A stretch of DNA of 64,000 nucleotides from NCBI RefSeq assembly GCF_009914755.1, contig NC_060938.1; one strand, 5' to 3'. Within the stretch, counting starts at the first letter, position 1. Every line of letters starts with the position of its first letter. The notes under the pieces are model-generated. The model was given only the letters and a program-made list of their open reading frames with translations. It did not search any database and was not told the DNA's origin. Positions 31,568 to 42,635 of this stretch are shown piece by piece. The position numbers and the translations under genes were made by a program. This DNA comes from the human T2T-CHM13v2.0 reference genome, Homo sapiens.

Positions 31568-31878
31568 GTTTTTTTTTGTTGTTGTTTCTTTTGAGATGGA
31601 GTCTGACTTTGTCGCCCAGGCTGGAATGCAATGACGTGATCTTGGCTCACTGCACACAGCCACCGCCTCCTGGGTTCAAGTGATTCTCCTGCCTCAGCCT
31701 CCAGAGCAGCTGGGATTACAGGTTCGCACTACCATGCCCAGCTAATTTTTGTATTTTTAGTAGAGACAGGGTTTCACCATGTTGGCCAGGCTGGTCTCGA
31801 ACTCCTGACCTAAAGTGATCCACCCTCCTCGGCCTCCCAAAGTGCTGGGATTACAGGCGTGAGCCGCCGCGCCTGGCC
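31568..31878 (-). mobile_element. Alu (AluS)
   Basis: Antisense dimer. Confidence 0.93.
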
Positions 31879-34194
31879 ACAGTGCAGCTTCTTAATACGG
31901 GAGTGAAGGTTTTTAATGTGTTTTGTCATTGCAGTAACATTTATTTTTAATGGTGCTATAAATGCTGTTCATACCTCACTATTGCAAAGCAATACTGTTT
32001 TTACTTGATCATACTAGTTTTTGAGTTCTCATGCAGTTTTTTGTTGTGTTTTTTAAGGCCCAAAATAAAATTTACTCCTAACCGTGCTGCTAGAAGTTTT
32101 TATGTCCTGAAATTTCTCCACACATGGTAAATAGAGTAACAATGAAGTGATCCTAGAAAAACTGGGATTTGATTTGGTTCTGGTGAAATGTAAGGTGCAG
32201 GAATTGGGAGCCACTGTACCAAAATCAGGACAGCAGTCTGGCTTCCCAGGCCTGAGTTAGCTGGTGTAGGCCTGCCTGACAAGGCCAGTGATGGAGCGAG
32301 CTGCAGACACCCTTAGGCCCTGGGCGATCAGGTACAGTTGTGTTTGTGGGATCAAGAGTGCTGGGGTAGTCTGGGCCCAGTGGGCACAGCAAGGTCTGGC
32401 AGAGCTGTGATGGGGGAGTGGAGGCCTCTTAATCCACCGTTCACCATCCCATCATCCTTGCACCTCCCTCCACCATCAAAAAAAAGCCCTGCTCTGGCCA
32501 TGTAAATTATCTCTGTAACCCCTTGCTGAGAAAATTGCACGAAGGTCTAATGGAAATCCTGCCAGAGCAGCGCTGGGTTTTAGGTTGTTGGCATTAGTGC
32601 AGGTCAGGTGCTGTTTATAGGTAGGTCACCAGGCAGGAGGATAAAGAGGAGGTGGGGGATGAAAATACTGGCTGTGTCCCCAAGGCTGGCTTGCCACGTG
32701 CCTATTAATTTAAGAGGACCAGCCATGCCGTTTTACGGCAGTAAGCAGTGACACCTGCTGCTGAGTAACTGCCCAATGCATGGTCCCCAGCCCTGGGCCC
32801 GCATGCTGTGTGGCGTTCAGGCCTCCGTTCTTCCTGCCTGGGGTCCTTTGTTAGCAGCCTACTTTCTAGGGTCTAATGTTCATGCAGTGAGCTTGCATGG
32901 CTCATTAATTTCTTTCCCAGCCGTTCTTTTAAAAATCAAGTCGTCTTATTTCTGTAATTCTCTGTAAAGATGTAGCACACATGGCGGGCACATGGCCTCA
33001 AAGCCACCCTGGCAGAAGTCGGCATGTTTCTTGGCAGATTCTGCCCCTGTGTGCCCAGTACCCCTCTGAGACTTGAGTCAGGGACTCCCCACCTGTTAGG
33101 TGAAGCGGTGGTGTTCAACTTACCTGGGGCTGCTGGGCTCCTAAAGGGACACTGTTACTGGGGCGATGGTGCAGTGGAGAGCACTTGGCAGTAGGAGCTT
33201 CTAGGTAGAACTTGGGAGTCTTGGGACTTCTGGATGTGTTCTGGTGATGCGATTTTGCGCTCAGACGGTCCAGAAAGGGACCGCCCCTGTGGAAGGTGTT
33301 GCGCTGGCATCCCCATCACAGGATTGATTGGCAAGCAGGGAAAGAGACTTGTGCCTTTGGTGGGGCAGGTATTTTTGCCCTTCGTTATTTGGGTTTTAAA
33401 GGCAAGACTACTGACATACGCCTGTTAAAGAAACATCTCGGTCAGGGGTCCAAAGTTAGCATATGGAGCAGAGTGATGGTAATGAGACACACACTCCCGA
33501 ATGAATCGTCAGTGTATCTCTCTCAACACCAGCAGAGAGGGTTTCGAGGAGATGCTTATGGAGATGCACGTGGGGCGGTGCATGGGAGTGAGGCGGCCTC
33601 AGTGGGCCCAGGCTCTGTTTTGGAGTTGTGTGTGCTGCCAGCCATGGACTGTGGATTTCACTCCCCACCTTCGAGCCGCCAGAGCAGAGGGGCAGATGGA
33701 ACCAGCCCATTACCTACAGTGACAGTAAAGGCAGAGGAACCCGTGAGGGTGAGGCAGAGCCCTCCTGGCTGTGAGGACTCACAGGCTTCACCTGCAGGTC
33801 CTCGTAGAGGGGATACCACATGCAGATGCAGTGACCCCCAGATTCAGATGCACCTACTGTCAAGGAAGAAAGATCCCAGCAGGGCTGTTCCCTCCGCAGT
33901 GAACCCTGTGCCTGGCATCGTGTCTGGCACTTAGTGGCCCCTCTGCAAATATCTGTTGGCTGCCTGACTCCCTCCGTGAAAGCCAGCAGCCTAACACCGA
34001 TTTTAGAAAGTAATTCTAAATTACCCCAAAAGGGCCAAAACGCTCCTTGCTGGCTTGGCTGACTGCAGGATAAAATGTGGAGGGCCTGGATAGACTTGCC
34101 CCTTCCCATCGAGAAGCACACAAGTTTTCTTGCTGGAAAAGTAGACCTTTGAGACTTCTCCGTTGTGCTAACTTGTTCTCCTTTGTCTTCACAG

Positions 34195-35472
34195 AGACTA
34201 ATAGACAAGTCACGAGTTACCTGTGTCAAATGGGTTCCCGGTTCGGAAAGCCTTTTCCTAGTAGCCCACTCGAGTGGGAACATGTACTTATATAATGTGG
34301 AGCACACTTGTGGCACCACAGCCCCCCACTACCAGCTTCTGAAGCAGGGAGAGAGCTTTGCCGTGCACACTTGCAAGAGCAAATCCACGAGGAACCCTCT
34401 CCTTAAGTGGACGGTGGGCGAGGGGGCCCTCAACGAGTTTGCTTTCTCCCCAGATGGCAAGTTCTTAGCGTGCGTGAGCCAGGACGGGTTTCTGCGGGTG
34501 TTCAACTTTGACTCAGTGGAGCTGCACGGTACGATGAAAAGCTACTTTGGGGGCTTGCTGTGTGTGTGCTGGAGCCCGGATGGCAAGTACATCGTGACAG
34601 GTGGGGAGGACGACTTGGTGACAGTCTGGTCCTTTGTAGACTGCCGAGTAATAGCCAGAGGCCACGGGCACAAGTCCTGGGTCAGTGTTGTAGCGTTTGA
34701 CCCTTATACCACTAGTGTAGAAGAAGGTGACCCTATGGAGTTTAGTGGCAGCGATGAGGACTTCCAAGACCTTCTTCATTTTGGCAGAGATCGAGCAAAT
34801 AGTACACAGTCCAGGCTCTCCAAACGGAACTCTACAGACAGCCGCCCCGTAAGTGTCACGTATCGGTTTGGTTCCGTGGGCCAGGACACACAGCTCTGTT
34901 TATGGGACCTTACAGAAGATATCCTTTTCCCTCACCAACCCCTCTCAAGAGCAAGGACACACACAAATGTCATGAATGCCACGAGTCCTCCTGCTGGAAG
35001 CAATGGGAACAGTGTTACAACACCCGGGAACTCTGTGCCGCCTCCTCTGCCACGGTCCAACAGCCTTCCACATTCAGCAGTCTCAAATGCTGGCAGCAAA
35101 AGCAGTGTCATGGACGGGGCCATTGCTTCTGGGGTCAGCAAATTTGCAACACTTTCACTACATGACCGGAAGGAGAGGCACCACGAGAAAGATCACAAGC
35201 GAAATCATAGCATGGGACACATTTCTAGCAAGAGCAGTGACAAACTGAATCTAGTTACCAAAACCAAAACGGACCCTGCTAAAACTCTGGGAACGCCCCT
35301 GTGTCCTCGAATGGAAGATGTTCCCTTGTTAGAGCCGCTGATATGTAAAAAGATAGCACATGAGAGACTGACTGTACTAATATTTCTTGAAGACTGTATA
35401 GTCACTGCTTGTCAGGAGGGATTTATTTGCACATGGGGAAGGCCTGGTAAAGTGGTAAGTTTTAATCCTTAA
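34195..35472 (+). CDS. WDR20: WDR20 large coding exon (WD40 repeats; cofactor of the USP12/USP46-WDR48 deubiquitinase complex); read-through form ends ...WGRPGKVVSFNP*
   Basis: Acceptor ttgttctcctttgtcttcacag|AGA CTA ATA; open for 425 aa with WD motifs (FAFSPDGKFLACVSQDGFLRVFN, CWSPDGKYIVTGGEDDLVTVWS, GHKSWVSVVAFD, SVGQDTQLCLWD); internal donor GTG|gtaagt at 35454/35455. Confidence 0.97.
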   Translation, partial: RLIDKSRVTCVKWVPGSESLFLVAHSSGNMYLYNVEHTCGTTAPHYQLLKQGESFAVHTCKSKSTRNPLLKWTVGEGALNEFAFSPDGKFLACVSQDGFLRVFNFDSVELHGTMKSYFGGLLCVCWSPDGKYIVTGGEDDLVTVWSFVDCRVIARGHGHKSWVSVVAFDPYTTSVEEGDPMEFSGSDEDFQDLLHFGRDRANSTQSRLSKRNSTDSRPVSVTYRFGSVGQDTQLCLWDLTEDILFPHQPLSRARTHTNVMNATSPPAGSNGNSVTTPGNSVPPPLPRSNSLPHSAVSNAGSKSSVMDGAIASGVSKFATLSLHDRKERHHEKDHKRNHSMGHISSKSSDKLNLVTKTKTDPAKTLGTPLCPRMEDVPLLEPLICKKIAHERLTVLIFLEDCIVTACQEGFICTWGRPGKVVSFNP

Positions 35473-36083
35473 TGCTGCACCAGATCTAGAACTTGAATAG
35501 GTAGTGACTTTTTTCTTTTTCGTGGGAGGGGTGGGGTGTACAATGAATGTGAATGACACTTCTTATTCTTAATGTAAATCTCAATGCATCAGAGCCATAA
35601 TTTTGGATACTGCATGCCATGTAATTCTGAATCATTTGATAATTTACCTTAGAGCATTTAAAAAAATATAATCAAACTAATTGCCAGCCAAGTCAGTCAT
35701 CCTCCTGGGAGTATATAGAGTCCCAAGGTTAGCGCTCCTGTATTAGACTATTTCAATTTTAGGAAAATCATGACCATGTGGGGAAACAATGACTTTAAAA
35801 TGCTGAAATTAAAATTTATGCTTTAACTGGAATATTTTTTGCTTAACTACTCAATTAGAATATTGTACACCTGATCAATGTGTGTTCAGCACAGATGGCC
35901 ATGAATTGTCATTTATAGTCCAATTTTTTATCTTAATCATAAAATGTTTAGGAATCTATGAAATTTAACTTTAGGAACAAAACGTTTAGCAGGGTTGATT
36001 GATATTATTTTTACATTGTTCTGGCAATCCACAGAAAGAGAAGAGCCTTAATTTTTAAAACCCATTTTAGTCATTTTATGACA

Positions 36084-36102
36084 ATTAAAGTTGTTTAATA
36101 AA
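36084..36102 (+). terminator. WDR20 proximal poly(A) signals (ATTAAA 36084-36089, AATAAA 36097-36102)
   Basis: Hexamers at the end of an AT-rich 3' UTR, followed by a change to GC-rich sequence. Confidence 0.75.
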
Positions 36103-38121
36103 CATCTTTTTTCAAAGAAGCAGTTTGTAGCACTTTGATTGAGGTTCTGTGTACTAAGATACCCGTACCTCACTCAGAGCCTGACAGTTCGTGGGAACTG
36201 CGGGCCGAGGACGCCAACAGCATTGCAGAAGTGCCTCTTGCCACATAAGCGAAGACCTTTTCTTCAGATGCACTTTGCTTGTGTGTTTTCCCAACAAGGG
36301 AAAAGGAGTTTTTTGGTTTTTTGCCGGGGGCGGGGAGGTGCGGTGGGGGAGGGGGATTGGGTCAGAAAGGCACGTGACTCCTCCGCGCTTTGTTTCGTAA
36401 AGCCTGAGACTCCCCGAGTCTTCCGACTTCTCCCTGACATGGCCCTCGTTTGGGCTTCGTCCCCCGCAGAGGAAGCGGAAGTGCAGGTTTCCCCTCTCCT
36501 TGTTCTTGGATGGCAGCTGTGGTTCCGGGATTACTCTTGGGATGCTGACGCTGGCCATGTGCGTAGGCTTCGTCCTCAGTGGCTCCCACCCTAGCGCCTC
36601 AGCCCAGGACCTGGTGGCCTGTGGCTTCCTCGGCAGTGGGAGGCTCTGCTGCTCCCCCGGAGACCGCAGTCTTTCACCCTCACTCTCTACTGCTGCACCA
36701 GGAGCTGCTTTTCAAATTCTGGTTTTCCCAGTGGGTGAGATGGCCCCTTGAACTATGTATTCCATGTCAAGATGGTGGTTATCTTACTTGTTAACTCATT
36801 TTGGGCATTTAGGTTTTTCTGTTTTGTACACCTTTGTAATTAAATATAGAGACAACGATCACTTAGACCAGTTTGCGTAGTGAATATGATTCAGCAAAGT
36901 GAAGACCTGGTGGCTTTTCTTTCTCTGCAGTGTAAAGACCCTGGTAGCTGAAGCAGCAGCTCCCTGTGCTCTTAACGCAGCCCTCCCAGGAAAGCCGGGC
37001 CAGGTTCCCAGGCCTGCTTCCCATCTGCAAACATGTCACGGTGGCGCCATCCACCCTGTGCCCATCGTGGGCCTTAACGCAGTGGTTTCTGTTGAGTGTG
37101 ATGGCATGGCCGCGTGCTGCCACCTGGGAACCACAGCAGCCTTCAGGTGCATCTCTCCTGGCTGTGCCTTTCACATCCCTGAGCACTGCTCCTAGGAGTA
37201 TTCGTGTCCTCTCTACCTGTGGAATACGGGCCTTTGTTCCTAAAGGTGAACTGATCTAAGGTAGCCATGACAGCCATCCTTGTGGACAGTTTCCGCTTTG
37301 GAGGCCAAATTGGGTCATGTGGAGAGATTAGTGATGAACGCTCCATGTGCAACTTTTGCACCTACATAGTTGTAAACGTTCAGTTTCAAATGCTTCTGAG
37401 GCATTGAGTATGCAGTTTCAAAATTCAGGACTTAGTATTTGGCCTAAATAGAGAGTGGCCGATCCCAAGTAAGTAGCATTTATGGTGACATTTCTGGCGA
37501 CCTTGCAGTTCTGAAGGTGTTGCCCTGGACAGGGAAGCCGTGGGGGTGTGTGCCCGAGTAACCAACGTGACCGACTGGGGACTCTCTGATTTCTCCCCCT
37601 TCTTTAAAATTCTCAGTCGCAGTGGCTGGGATGAAAGAGGGATTGCAGGGGTACACTGACAGGTGACTTAGGAGTCATTTGCTGATAGGAACCAGGGGTG
37701 GGAGAGGCAAGAGGAGGAGGTTATGTTTCCTTTGAAAACAACTCCGAAGTGTGCTGTCTAGTATGGAGGCCTGTGTGTGTCTTTCTCCCCCCACCTCCAG
37801 TTTTAAACACTATGATATTGTCAGTTTTGGATTTGAGGCTTGATAACAATCTTTTTCTTCCAGTTTTTGCCAAGGAGTGTACTGTCCTTAATGTCTGTCT
37901 GGTACCTTGTCTGGGGCCCCTTCGTTGTGTCTACGTGCCCTCCCCAAGGCCCCTCTTGCTGGGTTCAGGGCCCAGTGGAGAGCACTGTGCCAGCCTGGGG
38001 AGGGGCTGCCTTTGACTGCATGTCCTGACCCCTGGCTCAGCCCAGGCTGGCCCAGGCCCTGCAGGGCGACACCACTCTGTGTCCACTCTGCCCCTCTGAC
38101 TGCTGCCCCTTTCTTTGACAG

Positions 38122-38184
38122 CCGGCAGAGCACTTCTGCAGGCAGGAGGACAGGATGCAAGGTGTTCTCCAAGACCAGAACTAA
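38122..38184 (+). CDS. WDR20: Candidate WDR20 alternative terminal exon, coding part PAEHFCRQEDRMQGVLQDQN*
   Basis: Branch-like ctctgac, then tgcccctttctttgacag|; phase 0; downstream AATAAA at 38484, 40342 and 40581; peptide matches my recollection of a short isoform. Confidence 0.55.
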   Translation, partial: PAEHFCRQEDRMQGVLQDQN

Positions 38185-41058
38185 AAGTGCCCAACAGCTT
38201 GAGAAGAGGGCACTGGAGAGAGGGGCAGGGAAGCGCCCTTCTCCTCGGCTGTGCTTCTGAGTAATGGCTCCCGCAGACCTGGGGAGGGCCTGGGGAGGGG
38301 TGGCCGCGGTGGTTCCTGATATCAGGTGTGTAAGGTGCAATGCGTGCTGCTAACCCTAGGAGAAATTTGGGGAAAATATTTGTAGTTTTCTCGCCAAACT
38401 TTGAGCTTCCTCATTGAAATTTTTCAGTCTTTCAGCCTAAACGTTATTATGAGCAAGAATATCTTTTCTAACCTAATCTGTGGAATAAAACACAGCATTT
38501 GGCAAGAAGAGGCTGTTAAATACTCAGTCAGCATCACTGTTCCAGCGTGTACCAAACCACAGAGATGAAAGGCTCAGACGAAAGTCAGGTGCACGCTGCG
38601 TGGCTGGAGAATCCCGCTCCCACCCGGCAAGGGGGCGAGCTGGTCCCTGGGCGGTGTCAGACACCTTCTGAAGGTGCCAGGCCAGGGCCAGGGGAGCTTC
38701 AACTCGCCCTCCTTGGGTTGGCCTTTTTCACCAGAATTCAAGAAGCCAGATTTGTGCTGTGACTGCGATGGGGCAGGCTTCTAAACACTACTGGTGGCCC
38801 TGGAGCCTTTCTCTGAGGCTTTTTTCTTATTCAGAAGGAGAATTAAAAATTCCCCCAGCGGCCTGGAGAAGGGAACCTTTGGAAAAGCTTGCCTTCTTTT
38901 AAAAGCAAATGCATGTGCAGGAGTAGACACTTTACAAATAACCAGTAGCCTTGGGGTCGAAATTTGCTTAAATCATGGTAAAGGATCTCATTTCTCTTTT
39001 GTGCTGATTGAACCTTCTAGCAGTTTGGAAGTGTTTTCCTGTGAACCCTTAGCTGGGGACTGAGGGTAAATGCCTTAAAAATGGAGGCATGGAAAATCAG
39101 AAAGGAGCTATCACAATCATTCTTTTCTCAAAGGCGTTCAGGAATTCTGAGGAAGAAATGCAGTGACAGGATGGGATTTTAGGGGCAAGGACACCGTCCG
39201 GGCGGGGCCCAGGGCTCTCCACTGGCTGACTTCACCCCCAGGGCCCAGCTGGCACGTGGCCAGGCAGCCATTTCTCCCCAGTTCCTCCACTTCCTGGGGT
39301 TCATTTTAAATAATAAATTGTAAAGTATGAAATGAGTGCTGAAGTTGCCTGCATACAAGGTCCTCATCACCTCTCGCCTGGGAGGGAGACGTTTTCTTTC
39401 TTTGTTGAGCGAGCTCAAAGTGTGAGGCGGAGAAAACCTAGGGGTTGGGGGCGGCTGGAGAAGGGATCCACGGAAACCCAAGCGCCACATCATGCGTGTC
39501 TGACTGCCCACGGAAGAACTAGAAGCAGTTCACCAGTGGATTTTCTGGGGAACGATTCATGGAACACAGCGTCTGGCGTCCAGCTTTGTGGGTGAGGGCA
39601 TGGCGGGGGATCCGGTGGCCCTGCCCTGCCTCCGGTGCCGGTGGATGGGGGAGGGACTGGCCTCTGACTGCGGGGTTGCACCATGGCGGCGGTCGGTGTG
39701 CCCTTGGCTGAGGTTTCGTTCCTTAGCAGTGAGAACCTCCACATGCGTGGGTAGGGGTCGGGTGACCTGGAGACGCCTCCTCCGGTCTGGTCTGGGTGAC
39801 AAAGGTGAAGGTTTATAGTCTACCACCCTGGCAGCAGCCTGCAGGGCCCCCCCTTGTCTGGAGCACACCCTTCGCCACGGGCTGATTGGGACTGTCGGGT
39901 GTTGCTTTAAGTTAACAAGGTGCACATCACAGCGACCCCAAGTGATGTCCCAAAGGGAGGAGACATTAGTCTGGCCGAAGTGAAGTCTGTGGCTTTATAT
40001 GTAAAAGCACTCGTATGCAACTGTTACCTTTGAAACTCAGATCCTAGTTACGAACTATAAGAACGTGCCCCTCCAGTAGAGGGAGACTGTCTCACTGATG
40101 TTGATTTCTTTATTCATTTCCGCATCTGTTACACGAACTTCGTGTCATAAATTGCTATCCTTTCATTTGAAAGTGTAAAAAATTTCCTGCATTTTTATCA
40201 TTTCTGTATACTTGAGTTTATTAGAGATTGTTATGTTAGGCGACACTGTATAAAATTGTATGGATATTTTGAGTGAAAATCAAAAGTAAAATTCACATGT
40301 ATTTCCTTTTTTATATTTTCATCCAATTTCTTGACAACTTGAATAAATTTCATAAAGAGCCTTCCTAACATGAAATATTGGTAAATTAAATTCTTTACTG
40401 TTGCAATAATTAATGAAACTTTAGTATCAGTATTGTTTTATAATTTTAAGGAAATCATGTTTGTTTCACTGCTTTGTTTTTTTTTTTAGCTGTTGCCTTG
40501 TCACTGTCACAGCTAACAAGACTTACTACATACTTGATATTCTGAAGTACTGTGGGGCTGTCCTCTGTATACTGACATTAAATAAACGTGTGTGAGTGAA
40601 CTGTAAATGTAGATAATTTTCAGTAGTCATTTTCACATCTAAGCTTTAAAAATCCCAGTGAACCAAAACCAGAAAAGTTTTTAAATGCTGTAAAATTAAG
40701 GACCTTGTTAATGTTTATAGAACAGCCAGCCACCGGAATTGCTCCCTCTTACTAAAGCTGACTGTTTCTCATAGTTGGCAGCGTACTCGATGAAATGTTC
40801 TGCGTCTCAGATACTGTTTTATGTGGTCCTCCTCTGTGCCAACTCCAGTCCGGGAGAAGGACTGTTGATTGGCGTTTCGGCTGAGCTGTGTAGAGGCTTC
40901 TGTTTAATGAGAATGCAGACATTCTGAAGTCGTCCTGGGCCACGAGCTGGCTTTTGTTACATGGACTCACTATCCCGGATGCTGGACATCCGACATTCTG
41001 TCCAGCCACCCAGCCAGCAGCTGGGAGAGTGGAGAAGGTAGCGGCTGGTAGGCTGCTT

Positions 41059-41230
41059 GCTTTTTTTTATTTTGCTGTAAGTTCTGGGATATATGTGCTG
41101 AACGTGCAGGTTTGTTACATAGGGATGCATGTGCCACGGTGGTTTGTTGCGCCCATCAACCCGTCATCTATGTTTTAAGCCCCGCATGCATTAGGTATTT
41201 TTCCTTATGCTCTCCCTCCCCTTGCCCCCA
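41059..41230 (-). mobile_element. 5'-truncated L1PA 3' end with target-site duplication
   Basis: aagttctgggatatatgtgctgaacgtgcaggtttgttacatagg; ggtaggctgctt at 41047-41058 and 41231-41242. Confidence 0.9.
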
Positions 41231-41912
41231 GGTAGGCTGCTTTCAGTAGGAGCTCTTTTCCTGGCTAGAGTTCATTGTCTGCCTACTCCTCATCTTGAAT
41301 AGTGTTTGCTTAAGGCTTTGTGCTGGCGTGAGGTTGTCCTGCTGTAGACACCAGGCCCGTCGTCGGTGCAGAGCGCTTCCTACACAGGGCAGTGGGGGAC
41401 GTTCCATTTGGGATGAGAAGAACTCATGATTTACATTGTCTTACTATGAAATACCATCCCTCACTCTTGACAGACGACGTAGCTGATCTGAGCAGCGCCC
41501 TGGCACCCGCAGGCCTACCCCCCTGCCTGAGGTGTGATGAGTGAGGGCGAGCTGGCCTCAGACACAGCCCTTCCTCAGGCCCTTGTGCTCCCATTTAATT
41601 GTCACTTCCCTGCTGTGTCATGAGACATCCAGGTCCCACTCAGCCGCCTCTGCATGTTGGCAGCCGGCTGAGCCCTGTGCTCTGCCTCCAGCACGTTCAT
41701 CGGGTGGGGAACTCCCAGAAGCTTCCCACGGTGCTGTCTCTGGAGTGCGGGGTCAGCAGAGCCTCCAGTGCTGAACTATCTGCACTTTTTGTCTTGAGTC
41801 TGGGCTGTCAAAGCGGAGGGAACATTCAGACCTACAGCTCTCAAAAGCGGCCTCCTGGGGCCTACGACTGCCACAAGAGTGCACAGGGCTCTGTTCTTAG
41901 CACTGAACAGGG

Positions 41913-42115
41913 CGTTTTGGTTTGTGTTTTTTGAGACAGGGTCTCGCTCTGTTGCCCGAACATGGCTCACTGAAGCCTTGACCTCCTGGGCTCAGTGATC
42001 CTCCCATCTAGGCCTCTTGAGTAACTGGGACCATAGGCACACACCACCAAACTCAGCTAATTTTTGTGTATTTTTATTTCTGTAGGTACAGGGTCTTGCC
42101 ATGTTGCCCAGGCTA
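41913..42115 (-). mobile_element. Partial AluJ
   Basis: gagacagggtctcgctctgttgcc...gccatgttgcccaggct. Confidence 0.85.
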
Positions 42116-42212
42116 GCACTGAGTAGATTTTAAGCCCTAAAGACTATTAAGTTGACAGCAAGTTTTGTTTTTTTAAGAAAACCATGACATTTTGGTCTTT
42201 TAAAAATAGCTA

Positions 42213-42635
<423 letters not shown>

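Noticed and set aside
33296-34319. 212-aa (+) and 201-aa (-) ORFs just upstream of and overlapping the WDR20 large exon
   Set aside because: GC-rich intronic sequence with no domain similarity; the real exon begins at the AG at 34193-34194.
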